64,000 bases of DNA from Candidatus Magasanikiibacteriota bacterium. Its GTDB lineage: Bacteria > Patescibacteriota > Patescibacteriia > Magasanikbacterales > GWA2-37-8. Position numbers and translations under genes: made by a program. Shown piece by piece: positions 1 to 8,958 of this stretch; position 1 is the stretch's first letter, and the number at the start of each line of letters is the position of its first letter. Location: positions 464,414 to 528,413 of the forward strand of contig DAIOHD010000001.1 in the NCBI GenBank assembly GCA_036744835.1, given 5' to 3'. The notes beneath the pieces were generated by a model. The model ran no database searches, had not been told where the DNA came from, and was given only the letters and a program-made list of their open reading frames with translations.

Positions 1-404
1 ATATTCTCGCAAATCTTCAGGCAAATAAATCAATTTGTAGTTAAAACTCAATGTCCCTTTTTTAGTACAACTCCCCCAACGACTTTTTTGATTCCCAATT
101 CTGATTTTGACAAATCGCAAACCCGTTTTTTCACATATTTCTTTTGTTTTTTGAGTGATGATTTTCCGCGCTTTTTCTTTATTTTTTAAATAATCCTTTT
201 TACCTCTAGGTAATATTATTTTTGTTTCTTGATTTTTGATTAAATTTATTTTATGCGTTATCCAATCTTTTTTTCTCTGCAAAAAATCCTCTATTTTGGT
301 AATACTTAACCACATAGGCGCGGAAACAGAAACTTGGCCGTCGTCTTTGATGGTAATGCGTAGATTTTTGATTTTAAAATTTCTTTTTAAAATATAGTTA
401 AGTG
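1..404 (-). CDS. YgjP/DUF45-like metal-dependent hydrolase, N-terminal part; gene runs off the window start
   Basis: Manual minus-strand translation from the ATG at 404..402 gives MTLNYILKRNFKIKNLRITIKDDGQVSVSAP...IGNQKSRWGSCTKKGTLSFNYKLIYLPEDL. The SRWGSC...N..L..LP motif is the YgjP/DUF45 signature. Not in the ORF track because it is truncated by the window edge. Confidence 0.5.
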
Positions 405-450
405 TCATATCACTTAAATCACAAGCTCAAAATTCCAATAATTTATTGTT

Positions 451-1845
451 TTACAAACCTACTTGCTGATTCATAAATTCCTTCACGATTGGGTCCGTAA
501 TAATATGTCTTTTGAGTAATGGTTGCTTAAGCACCAATCCAGACAGTGTTTCACACCGAGAAAGCGCTACATAGAGTTGTCCGTGAGCAAAAGTCCCCCA
601 ACCAATATCTAAAACAGCTTTTTGAAAAGTTTTTCCCTGTGCTTTATGGATTGTCACGGCCCAAGCAAGCTTGAGCGGATATTGCGTATAAGTCCCGACA
701 ATTTCAGTTTCTACTTTATTTTTTGCTTTATCCAAAAAATGTTTATAATTACTCCAAGTAAAAGGCAGTACTTCCACCATATTTCCTCCGTCCAGTTCCA
801 CCAAAATTTTGGCTCCTTTTATTTCTCTACCAATTTCTACTACTTTACCAATAGTACCATTAACCCAACGACTTTCTTTATCATTATTGAGCATCATCAC
901 TTGCGCACCAACTTTGAGTTTGAGAAAATTTTCCGCCGGTACGATCCTATCTTCAAAATCCCCTTCCATTTTCCCCTTGAAAACTCTTTCTATTCCCGGT
1001 AACTTACGTAATCTATTTTCATTAATTTGATAGGCCAATGCATTGGTAGAAGTTAAAGAAATATAAAAATCATTTTCCGGACAAATAAAATTAGGATCGT
1101 GACGTTCGTTTAAAACTCCCAAATCTCTTTCATCAGCTGTGTTTTCTCGCACTTTGTTCAAAATATCTATAAACCCATCGTCTTTTTGACGATATATTTT
1201 ATTCAGTTCAATAATACGAAAATTGAAATCATCACCGAGTAATCTTTTATCATTAAGTACTTTGGCACTGAAAAAATAAGGTGAAGCGTAATAATCATTG
1301 AAATAATCTCTTTCTTCATCAGTCACTACCGGCGGAAGTTGATAGAGATCGCCCAAAAATATCATCCTGGCTCCGCCAAACGGCCTTCCTGGTTCTTTAC
1401 CATTGAGACGCATAAACTTATCAATACAATCTAACAAATCCGCTCGAACCATAGATATCTCATCTATCACCAAAGCATCCAATTTACCATAAAGTGATTT
1501 ACTACCGTCCTTACTATATTTACGTACACTAGAGGGAGTAATTCCGGGACGAAAACCGAAAAATGAATGGATGGTTTGCCCACGGACATTGAGTGCTGCT
1601 ACTCCGGTCGGTGCTAACACGGCGATATTTTGTCCGGTTTTGGTACGCCAATATTCTAGCAACGTTGATTTCCCTGTCCCCGCTTTGCCGGTCAAAAAAA
1701 CATGGTCCCGACGATTTTCAAGCACATCCAAAGCAACAGCAAACTCATCGCTGATTTCGATATTTGAAAAACGATTTTTATCTTCCTTTTTGTCTTTAAA
1801 TTTTTCCTCATCACTCTTTTTCCGGCGGAGGGAATATTTGTGCAT
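451..1845 (-). CDS. PIF1/RecD-like ATP-dependent DNA helicase
   Basis: Walker A GKAGTGKST, DEISMV (Walker B), LAPTGVAALNV and a C-terminal HKAQGKTF...ALSRC motif are typical of PIF1/RecD superfamily 1 helicases. Confidence 0.7.
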   Translation of the reverse strand: MHKYSLRRKKSDEEKFKDKKEDKNRFSNIEISDEFAVALDVLENRRDHVFLTGKAGTGKSTLLEYWRTKTGQNIAVLAPTGVAALNVRGQTIHSFFGFRPGITPSSVRKYSKDGSKSLYGKLDALVIDEISMVRADLLDCIDKFMRLNGKEPGRPFGGARMIFLGDLYQLPPVVTDEERDYFNDYYASPYFFSAKVLNDKRLLGDDFNFRIIELNKIYRQKDDGFIDILNKVRENTADERDLGVLNERHDPNFICPENDFYISLTSTNALAYQINENRLRKLPGIERVFKGKMEGDFEDRIVPAENFLKLKVGAQVMMLNNDKESRWVNGTIGKVVEIGREIKGAKILVELDGGNMVEVLPFTWSNYKHFLDKAKNKVETEIVGTYTQYPLKLAWAVTIHKAQGKTFQKAVLDIGWGTFAHGQLYVALSRCETLSGLVLKQPLLKRHIITDPIVKEFMNQQVGL

Positions 1846-2020
1846 ACAACAACAAGTTATAAAGTTGAAAGTTATAAAGTTCCAATTGAGAGAATATTAT
1901 AACATTTTTGAGTGAAAAAAACAAAAACCGGCCTTCCGACCAGTTTTAATATTCAATCCGCCCTTCGTCCAGGCTTCGCTAAAACTACACCGGACTACGG
2001 AGAGGATAAGTATCCAATAT

Positions 2021-2491
2021 TCAATATCCAATATCTTTTATAAATTTTTCTAATTTTGATTCGAATTGACTAGTATTCATTTCCTTGTTGTTTATCACCA
2101 CGCTAGCCAGAGATTTCTTCCCGACTAGTGTTTCTATCTCTACTATGGCTTTGTCACTCCCAGAGCCTCCCTGGGTGCAAAAAACAGCCAAATTTAGCAG
2201 TTGCGCCCCATACTTGGTCACAAAAGCGCGCACCGGCGAGCTCATATTCCAACCCCAAATCGGGGTGCCGATAATCACCAAGTCATAAGTCTTTAAATCA
2301 CTTTGAATATTCTCTATCGGGGCGGAGATTTTTTTCATTGATTCTCTACCACATCGAAAATACCCCATCACTCCGGCTCTATCTGTCGGGTCTTTTATTT
2401 CCTCGATATCCGCGTTGAGTTTAGTTTTTAAATTTTCAGCAACTTTACGAGTCATTCCTGTGCGGGAAAAGTATACGACTAATGTGTGCAT
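2021..2491 (-). CDS. flavodoxin-like protein
   Basis: MHTLVVYFSRTGMTRKVAE N-terminus and a GTPIWGW motif; flavodoxin fold. Confidence 0.6.
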   Translation of the reverse strand: MHTLVVYFSRTGMTRKVAENLKTKLNADIEEIKDPTDRAGVMGYFRCGRESMKKISAPIENIQSDLKTYDLVIIGTPIWGWNMSSPVRAFVTKYGAQLLNLAVFCTQGGSGSDKAIVEIETLVGKKSLASVVINNKEMNTSQFESKLEKFIKDIGY

Positions 2492-2525
2492 ATAATTTTG
2501 AATTTAAAATAACTGTTGTCTAAAT

Positions 2526-2996
2526 TTAAAATCTTTCCGCCCATTTACCGACAAAATAAGTGACCATCATAACTAACATGGCAATAAACAAATGTTCAAA
2601 AATAACTCCTGAAGGCGAAATATTTTTTCTTTTAGCCAAAAAATAATTGAAAATTACCAATAAAATTATGCCCCAAATTACACAAACAATAACCGCAACG
2701 GTTAAATTAAAAAACAAAATCGGCAAAACAAAAGATAGGGCAATAAAAAATTTTGACAAAAAAGTAGCTAAGGTGGATTCCCAAACTTCTTTTTCCGTAT
2801 TACTACTTTCCGATTCTTGAGAAACATGGATCCCTAGAGCATCTGACATAGCATCGGCTATGGCAATCACCAAGATACCACTGATAATAACCGTTTTGGA
2901 ATGAGTATTGGAATACAGGCCAACCAATAAACCCAAAGTAGTAATAATTCCGGAAGTTAATCCAAAACTAAAACCCTTGCGAATAGATAATTTCAT
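2526..2996 (-). CDS. VIT1/CCC1 family membrane protein (iron/manganese transporter-like)
   Basis: SFGLTSGIITTLGLLVG and AIADAMSDALG motifs; multi-TM. Confidence 0.5.
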   Translation of the reverse strand: MKLSIRKGFSFGLTSGIITTLGLLVGLYSNTHSKTVIISGILVIAIADAMSDALGIHVSQESESSNTEKEVWESTLATFLSKFFIALSFVLPILFFNLTVAVIVCVIWGIILLVIFNYFLAKRKNISPSGVIFEHLFIAMLVMMVTYFVGKWAERF

Positions 2997-2999
2997 AAA

Positions 3000-3209
3000 T
3001 TATTTTTTCTTGTTGGTGTTGATACCAAAAAGCACATAAAAACTGCAAAACCCGGAAATGGCGGTGAATAATATCAAACCGCTAACAACATACAAAAACC
3101 AAGCAAAAGCACCACTAAAGGAAGTATAGGCCCAGAAAAATACGCCGACTGAAGCTAAAAAACGAATGACTCTGTCTAGAGATCCTTCGTTGCGTTGAAA
3201 TTTAAACAT
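3000..3209 (-). CDS. small DUF2892 (YgaP-like) membrane protein
   Basis: 69 aa, two TM helices, GFCSFYVLFGINT C-terminal motif. Confidence 0.4.
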   Translation of the reverse strand: MFKFQRNEGSLDRVIRFLASVGVFFWAYTSFSGAFAWFLYVVSGLILFTAISGFCSFYVLFGINTNKKK

Positions 3210-3214
3210 AAGCG

Positions 3215-3305
3215 TTAGATTATCCCCTCCTTTTATTTAAGAGGAGGGCTAGGGTGGAGTCTCTCCCACTCCCTCCCAACCTCCCTCTCAGGCAGAGGGA
3301 GGGGG
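3215..3305. terminator. twin CCUCCU/AGGAGG palindromic hairpin element downstream of 3309..3728
   Basis: ccctcct-tttatttaag-aggaggg and ccctccctct-caggc-agagggaggg read directly. A second copy of the same architecture is at 24575..24660 and a single hairpin at 47199..47225. Confidence 0.5.
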
Positions 3306-3308
3306 TTA

Positions 3309-3728
3309 TTAAATCTTTTTTAAAAGATCAGTTAAGTGCAGTTTACCAAAATTACCATTGTAAGTTTTGAGAGTTTTTTCCCATTTTTTGGGAAGCATTT
3401 TTTGCAATTCCGGCATTATAGTTCCGGGAGCAAATAAATAAACGACTTTGGCACTACTAACATTTTTGAGATTATTTTTGAAAGCAGTGAAAGATTCTTT
3501 TTGTAAAAAGTTTTTCATAACCCCCGCCTTATCACCGGACTGAAAAAATACATTACCATATTTGCCGGTTTGTTCCCTATCGGAAAATTTAGTTTTTTCT
3601 ACTGCAAAATCAGCGACTTTGTTTATTTCTCCGTCTTTTGCCAAATAAAAATCCGCGTTTAAATTTCCAGTCACGATAATCGCTGTACTATTTTTCTCAA
3701 ATTGAGGTAAGTTTTTTGGTATTTTCAT
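3309..3728 (-). CDS. hypothetical protein, possibly host-attachment / eRF1-like family
   Basis: N-terminal MKIPKN..TAIIVTGN.NADFYLAKDGEI and C-terminal LFAPGTIMPELQKMLPK resemble the Host_attach architecture; weak, from memory. Confidence 0.3.
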   Translation of the reverse strand: MKIPKNLPQFEKNSTAIIVTGNLNADFYLAKDGEINKVADFAVEKTKFSDREQTGKYGNVFFQSGDKAGVMKNFLQKESFTAFKNNLKNVSSAKVVYLFAPGTIMPELQKMLPKKWEKTLKTYNGNFGKLHLTDLLKKI

Positions 3729-3801
3729 AGAAGCTATGAATAGATTACAAAAATTGCAGAAATTGCAAAGATTGCAAAAATTAATAAAAAGAATAAAAAG
3801 A

Positions 3802-4257
3802 TTAAATATTTGAATCTGGGTTTTTAATATAACCAGCTTTTTTTTCCGCTTCCAAGGCCATTTGGTGTGCTTTCCAATAAATCATCCCTTTCTTCATTAA
3901 ATTTCTTTCTGTCATTTCATGTAAAATCAAACTTTTACGAAAATTTTCAGACATTGCTCTATTTTTAGGAACATTAGTGCATTTACAATCCAACGGATGA
4001 GTTGTCATCACCCAAATTTCATCAAGCGGAATATATTCACAAACATAACCATGACCACCATGATTAAACCAAGCCATAATATTATTTCTAATCCAATTAC
4101 CATCAACCTCGTATATTTTTACACCATTCTTTTTATAAAGAAATTTTTTCCAAGAACCAGATAATTTAAATTTTTTATCCTTTTTGTGTGCATTTTTTTG
4201 AATCTTAGCTTCAGTAATTGCCCAAAATTTAGCTCTGGTGTCTTTTTTAAATTTCAT
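3802..4257 (-). CDS. hypothetical protein
   Basis: ORF only; HGGHGYV and HEMTE motifs of unknown meaning. Confidence 0.3.
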   Translation of the reverse strand: MKFKKDTRAKFWAITEAKIQKNAHKKDKKFKLSGSWKKFLYKKNGVKIYEVDGNWIRNNIMAWFNHGGHGYVCEYIPLDEIWVMTTHPLDCKCTNVPKNRAMSENFRKSLILHEMTERNLMKKGMIYWKAHQMALEAEKKAGYIKNPDSNI

Positions 4258-4338
4258 ATTTACAATTTTTAATTAATTTTTAATAAATTTTCTAAACACC
4301 TGTCAATCTTTAAATCTTTTAATCTTGTAATCTAACTT

Positions 4339-5295
4339 TTATCCTCTATAAATCAAGAAACTAATATAAGCAACATACATCACTACAAACGTCACACCTT
4401 GCCAACGATCAATTCTTTTCTTGGTACCGATAAATAAAAAGATAAACAGTAATAAAGTGGCGATAATCTCCGCAAAAATATCAAAATTTATTCCTCCGGT
4501 AAAAGGCAGCGGTTTGATAGTGCTGGTAATACCCAAAATCCAAAAGATATTAAAAATATTTGAACCAACGATGTTGCCAACAGCGATATCAGCTTGCTTG
4601 CGATAAGCCGCCATCGCGGAAGTAACCAGTTCCGGCAGAGATGTCCCGACCGCGACGATAGTCAAACCGATAAGCGCTTCACTCATCCCGGCTAAACGCG
4701 CCAAAATAATAGCATTATCAACTAGTAATTTACCGCCCAAAAACAACAACCCAATACCGGCTATCAGAAAAACGATTGATCTTATCCAAGTAAAAACCTG
4801 CATCTCTTCTTGTTCAACCGCTCCGTTTTTGGCCAAATTGAAAACATAATAAAGAAAAATAATAAATACGGATAAAAGAGCCAGACCATCGGTACGAGTC
4901 AAAATATTTTCTCCCAAACCATCAAATAAAATATCATTTCCCATAAAAAGAATCATTACTCCAGCCAACATGGCAAAAGGAATTTCTTTCCAGGTAGTAC
5001 TTTCTTTTACCGCCAAAGGATAGATTATCGCAGAAATACCCAAAATTAAAAAAATATTGGAAATATTACTCCCAATAATATTACCCACGGCCAAATCCGT
5101 CGCTCCTTTAAAAGCGGAATAAATATTAACCACAAGTTCCGGCATAGATGTGCCAAAAGCCACCACTGTCAAACCAACGACTAATGTAGAAATTCCCCAC
5201 CTTTTAGCCAGTGATGCCGCACCTTTGACTAAATAATCACCACCGAAAACAAGCATTATCAGCCCCACTATGAGTAAAAGTATTGCCACGAGCAT
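4339..5295 (-). CDS. Ca2+/Na+ antiporter (CaCA family, YrbG-like)
   Basis: Two alpha-repeat signatures, GNIIGSNISNIFLILG and GNIVGSNIFNIFWILG; 10 TM. Confidence 0.75.
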   Translation of the reverse strand: MLVAILLLIVGLIMLVFGGDYLVKGAASLAKRWGISTLVVGLTVVAFGTSMPELVVNIYSAFKGATDLAVGNIIGSNISNIFLILGISAIIYPLAVKESTTWKEIPFAMLAGVMILFMGNDILFDGLGENILTRTDGLALLSVFIIFLYYVFNLAKNGAVEQEEMQVFTWIRSIVFLIAGIGLLFLGGKLLVDNAIILARLAGMSEALIGLTIVAVGTSLPELVTSAMAAYRKQADIAVGNIVGSNIFNIFWILGITSTIKPLPFTGGINFDIFAEIIATLLLFIFLFIGTKKRIDRWQGVTFVVMYVAYISFLIYRG

Positions 5296-5318
5296 ACAAT
5301 GAAATTTTTAATTAATTA

Positions 5319-6554
5319 TCAATTTTCAATTTGATTTCCTGCGAGGTACCCAGTACTCCAACAAACTTGGAGATTATATCCGCCGGTTGGACCATCAATA
5401 TCAAGAATTTCTCCAACTAAATATAGATTTTCAATAATTTTAGAACGCATTGTTTGCGGATCTATTTCTTTGAGATCAACCCCACCGGTGGTAATAATGG
5501 CTTTATCAAAACTATCCAGCGCTTTGATTTCCAAAGTAAAACTTTTTAATAACTTGAACAATGTTTTTCTTTCTTCTTTGGAAATTGTATTTACTTTTTT
5601 ATCCGCTTGAATTCCTGATAATTTTACCATAATTGGGATTAATTTTGAAGGGCAAAGTTCAGTGAGATAATTTCTAAATATTTTAGCGCCAAATTCTTTA
5701 AAATCTTTTTGTAAACGATCGTCCAATTTTTTATCATCAAGTACGGGTTTAAAATCAATTTTCAAATTTACATCTCCCGGCAACAAATTGCCCGCTGTTT
5801 TACTCAAATCCAAGATTATCGGCCCACTAAGCCCGTTGTCGGTAAATATCGCTTCACCAAATTCAGACTTTATTTTTTTATTGTTTTTATAAATACCTAT
5901 TTCTACATTTTTCAAACTCAAACCTTCCAATTCTTTTATCCATTTTTCTTTGACAATTATCGGTACCAACGCCGGGCGGGGTGCGACAATATGATGACCA
6001 AGTTTTTGCAACCAACTATATCCATCTCCGGTAGAGCCGGTCATGGGGTATGATTTTCCGCCGGTAGCGATGATAAAATTATCAGCCACCAACTCTTGCC
6101 CATCGGATAAAATTATTTTTTCTATTTTTTTTCCTTTTTTGACAATATCTTTGACTTGAGCTCTGGTTTTTATTTCTACTTTGGATTCTTTTAGAAACTT
6201 TTTCAAAGCGTTTAATACATCGATAGCTCTATTGCTTTGTGGAAAAACTCTATTTCCTCTTTCTACTTTTACCCCTACTCCATGATTTTCAAAAAAAGTC
6301 ATGGTATCCTCTACCCCAAACTTATTAAAAGCGGAAAAAAGAAATTTGCCGTTTACTCCATATTGTTTAACCAGCTCGGAAACTTTCAAAGTATGGTTGG
6401 TAATATTACATCTCCCCTTACCGGTAATCAATAATTTTGCTCCAAGGTTATAATTTTTTTCAATTAAAAGAACAGGACCGTCACTTTGTCCCGCAGTTGC
6501 GGCCGCCATCATACCAGATGGTCCGCCACCAATAACTATTGTGTTATATTTCAT
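5319..6554 (-). CDS. HI0933-family NAD(P)/FAD-dependent flavoprotein
   Basis: N-terminal IVIGGGPSGMMAA dinucleotide fold and a TGKGRCNITN motif. Confidence 0.65.
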   Translation of the reverse strand: MKYNTIVIGGGPSGMMAAATAGQSDGPVLLIEKNYNLGAKLLITGKGRCNITNHTLKVSELVKQYGVNGKFLFSAFNKFGVEDTMTFFENHGVGVKVERGNRVFPQSNRAIDVLNALKKFLKESKVEIKTRAQVKDIVKKGKKIEKIILSDGQELVADNFIIATGGKSYPMTGSTGDGYSWLQKLGHHIVAPRPALVPIIVKEKWIKELEGLSLKNVEIGIYKNNKKIKSEFGEAIFTDNGLSGPIILDLSKTAGNLLPGDVNLKIDFKPVLDDKKLDDRLQKDFKEFGAKIFRNYLTELCPSKLIPIMVKLSGIQADKKVNTISKEERKTLFKLLKSFTLEIKALDSFDKAIITTGGVDLKEIDPQTMRSKIIENLYLVGEILDIDGPTGGYNLQVCWSTGYLAGNQIEN

Positions 6555-6620
6555 ACAGTGATTATACCAAAAAAATTACAAGATTTAAAGACAAGTAAAA
6601 AAACACAGAGATAACAAACA

Positions 6621-6647
6621 AAAAACCACTCTTACGAGTGGTTTTTT
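6621..6647 (-). terminator. rho-independent terminator after the cold-shock gene
   Basis: aaaaaccactc-ttacg-agtggtttttt; perfect 11-bp stem with U tracts on both strands. Confidence 0.7.
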
Positions 6648-6670
6648 AATTGTTTTAAACAATTCTGAGA

Positions 6671-6871
6671 TTAAGCGAGTGTTACGTTGATAGCGCGAGG
6701 ACCCTTATCGGAATCTTCGGTATCAAAATTAACTGCATCGCCAGCTTTCAAATCGGTGAAGTTCACACCGTTAAGAGCAGATTCGTGAAAGAAAATGTCT
6801 TTCGCGCCGCCTTCTGGGGTGATGAAACCGAAGTGTTTCTCAGCAATCAAGGTTTTAATTGTACCTGTCAT
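6671..6871 (-). CDS. cold-shock protein (CspA family)
   Basis: 66 aa; GTIKTLIAEKHFGFITPEGGAKDIFFHESAL contains RNP1/RNP2-like motifs. Confidence 0.85.
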   Translation of the reverse strand: MTGTIKTLIAEKHFGFITPEGGAKDIFFHESALNGVNFTDLKAGDAVNFDTEDSDKGPRAINVTLA

Positions 6872-6959
6872 AGTGATAGAAATAAAGTGAATAGTTTACA
6901 AAACTTAGGCCGTTGTAAAGAAATTCGACTGTATTTCTACTACGGGATTTTGTGACCAT

Positions 6960-6988
6960 ATTATAGCACAATTAAGCACATTTGTCAA
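6960..6988 (-). promoter_or_regulatory. consensus sigma70 promoter of the csp gene (TTGACA-17-TATAAT)
   Basis: Minus strand reads TTGACAaatgtgcttaattgtgcTATAAT, leaving a 5' UTR of roughly 80 nt. Confidence 0.7.
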
Positions 6989-7266
6989 TAGCTTAAGTTT
7001 ATCTCTTCATCATAAAATTTAAGATTAGCGATTAAACCTAATAAACTTTTAACTCAAAACTCAAATGTCAAATCTCAAAACTACAATTTAAAACCTTAAA
7101 ACCCTGTCATTGCAAGGAATGAAATGACGAAGCAATACCACAAAATTCAGAAAGCAGTGGGATTACTTCATCCGCTTTGCGGATTCGTAATGACACTTAT
7201 CGTTAGTTTTGACATTTAAGGTTGTGGTTTTAACTTTTAAAATTATTAAAAATTGGGATTTTCACC

Positions 7267-7295
7267 TTGACAAAAGCAAGGAATTGCGCTATTAT
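7267..7295 (+). promoter_or_regulatory. sigma70 promoter TTGACA-17-TATTAT for the Cys-rich gene
   Basis: ccTTGACAaaagcaaggaattgcgcTATTATatg, followed by GGAGG 6 nt before the ATG at 7340. Confidence 0.65.
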
Positions 7296-7339
7296 ATGAT
7301 GATTGTTCATTATCATCAACGTTTTTTTTGGAGGTTCTC

Positions 7340-7606
7340 ATGTGTAAGAATTGCGAATGCGGTGGAAACTGCGGGGATGATTGCAAGTGTAAAAAACCCC
7401 GTAAACTTCCCAAGGGTAGCAGTGGATGCACCTGTCCGGCCAAAGATTCTCAGGTTTGCTGTTGTCCGCCGCCGGATGAAGGTAAAGACAACATCGATCC
7501 GCGTTGCCCCCAGCACAACGACAGACCCGAACCGGATCCCAAATGTCCGCTTCACGGCCATCTGCCGGTGTACCCGCGGGGAAAAAGAAAGCCGAAAAAA
7601 AAATAA
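7340..7606 (+). CDS. metallothionein-like cysteine-rich small protein (88 aa, 17 Cys, 3 His)
   Basis: MCKNCECGGNCGDDCKCKKP...CTCP...CCCPPPDEG...CPQH...CPLHGH. Has its own consensus promoter, a GGAGG RBS and a terminator. Local GC is far above the window background, so four shadow ORFs overlap it. Confidence 0.5.
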   Translation: MCKNCECGGNCGDDCKCKKPRKLPKGSSGCTCPAKDSQVCCCPPPDEGKDNIDPRCPQHNDRPEPDPKCPLHGHLPVYPRGKRKPKKK

Positions 7607-7619
7607 TTCGGCAAAAACC

Positions 7620-7652
7620 AAACGGCTCACTCGCGTGAGCCGTTTTTTTTAC
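7620..7652 (+). terminator. rho-independent terminator
   Basis: aaacggctcac-tcgc-gtgagccgttt followed by TTTTTTTT; preceded by a second hairpin gccgaa-aaaaaaataa-ttcggc. Confidence 0.75.
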
Positions 7653-7814
7653 CCCGTGAAATAATTTTTGTTCAAACAAAAATTGGCGCAAAGCACCATT
7701 TCACTGGGGTGAACCCCGTGAAATTTCGTCCGCCGTGACAAACAAACCTGCCTTTGGCAGGATTTCACCGGAGTAAATATCTAATATCCCAATATCTTAA
7801 TATCTCTCCGTCTT

Positions 7815-7862
7815 CTCGCTTTACGGACTTTATAGACTTTATGAACTTTATGGACTTTATGA
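7815..7862. repeat. about 10-nt tandem repeat (gactttatg)x4.5 in a convergent intergenic region
   Basis: ggactttatagactttatgaactttatggactttatgaact. Confidence 0.6.
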
Positions 7863-7863
7863 A

Positions 7864-8955
7864 CTAGTTTAAGTATTTCGCTCCCAAAAATGTCGCTATA
7901 GGCATAGACAGCGCCACTCCAATACTACCGGTCAACGTGCGGATAATTTCTGTGGCCACCATTTCATTATTTATCGCTTGTGCAAAAGTCAAAGCTTCGT
8001 TTTGTCCCAAAGTAAATAAAAGTAACAACGGCAAAGAAGCACCTGCATAAGTCAAAAACAAAGTATTTACTATTGCCCCCAGATGAGTATTGCCAATTTG
8101 ATACCCCATTTTAAAAACTTGCCGAAAAGGAAGATTCGGATTGGCTGTTTTAATCTGCTTGACCGCTTCAATTTGTCCGATAACCACATCATCAAGCACC
8201 CCAACTGCACCAATCAACATCCCGGCCAAAAGAAGTCCGCGAAAATCTATTGCTCTTTCCCCTGCTCCAATCAGAAAAACCGCTTCTTCACTAGCCAACC
8301 CAGTTAATTTGCTCAAAGAAACAAAAAGCCAAGACAAAAATAATGTTGCAACTAGGGAAATAAAAACACTTGCTAACCCTAAATTTGATTTTCTATTTAT
8401 CCCTTCGGTGATATATATCATCGCCACTAGAATAAAAAACGAGCCAAACAAACTGATAATAAGAGGGTTACTACCACCGATAATTTGCGGTAAAATAAAT
8501 TTTAAAATTATAAAAAAACTAACTATCAAACCAAGCATGGCGCGCCAACCTTTTTTTCCACCGATCACGGCAATTATCAATACAAACAAAAACGCCAAAA
8601 AAGCTAACTTACCAGAACGAACATAATCCATGACAAAAAATCTTTCTTCGTCGTCAAAATCAGCAATTTTTTGCACCAAAACTTTATCTCCAACTTTATA
8701 AATATTACTACCAGCAACATCAACTTCGGAAATTCCTTCGTATTTTATTTTTTTATCTTTGTAAAAACCCTCTGTGCCCAACAACAAAAGATTTTGTTGC
8801 CTTTTTTGCAAGCCGTCACCTCTGTCTATCTGTCGCTCTTGTAAAATTTCAATGACTCTGGCTTGAAAAACATCTTCCGCGGTTTGTGCAAAAACAAAAA
8901 ACGGGCAAAACAATCCGCCCAAAAAAATAATAACAAAAAACTTTTTTAAAAACAT
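7864..8955 (-). CDS. YibE/F-like polytopic membrane protein
   Basis: Signal peptide, an extracytoplasmic N-terminal domain, then about 8 TM helices; overall similarity to YibE/F. Confidence 0.45.
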   Translation of the reverse strand: MFLKKFFVIIFLGGLFCPFFVFAQTAEDVFQARVIEILQERQIDRGDGLQKRQQNLLLLGTEGFYKDKKIKYEGISEVDVAGSNIYKVGDKVLVQKIADFDDEERFFVMDYVRSGKLAFLAFLFVLIIAVIGGKKGWRAMLGLIVSFFIILKFILPQIIGGSNPLIISLFGSFFILVAMIYITEGINRKSNLGLASVFISLVATLFLSWLFVSLSKLTGLASEEAVFLIGAGERAIDFRGLLLAGMLIGAVGVLDDVVIGQIEAVKQIKTANPNLPFRQVFKMGYQIGNTHLGAIVNTLFLTYAGASLPLLLLFTLGQNEALTFAQAINNEMVATEIIRTLTGSIGVALSMPIATFLGAKYLN

Positions 8956-8958
8956 AAA

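Noticed and set aside
7209-7691. Four additional ORFs (7209..7664+, 7246..7443-, 7316..7630-, 7338..7691-) overlapping the Cys-rich gene
   Set aside because: They are shadow ORFs produced by the locally GC-rich sequence. Only 7340..7606 has a promoter, RBS, terminator and a coherent Cys pattern.
7815-7862. CRISPR array
   Set aside because: This tandem repeat and others have 9-10-nt units with no spacers. No CRISPR-like repeat-spacer structure or cas genes occur anywhere in the window.
8141-8626. 161-aa plus-strand ORF, and similar internal antisense ORFs (13750..14112, 38121..38558, 60755..61243, 34428..34695)
   Set aside because: They lie inside well-supported genes on the opposite strand or in another frame, with low-complexity translations.
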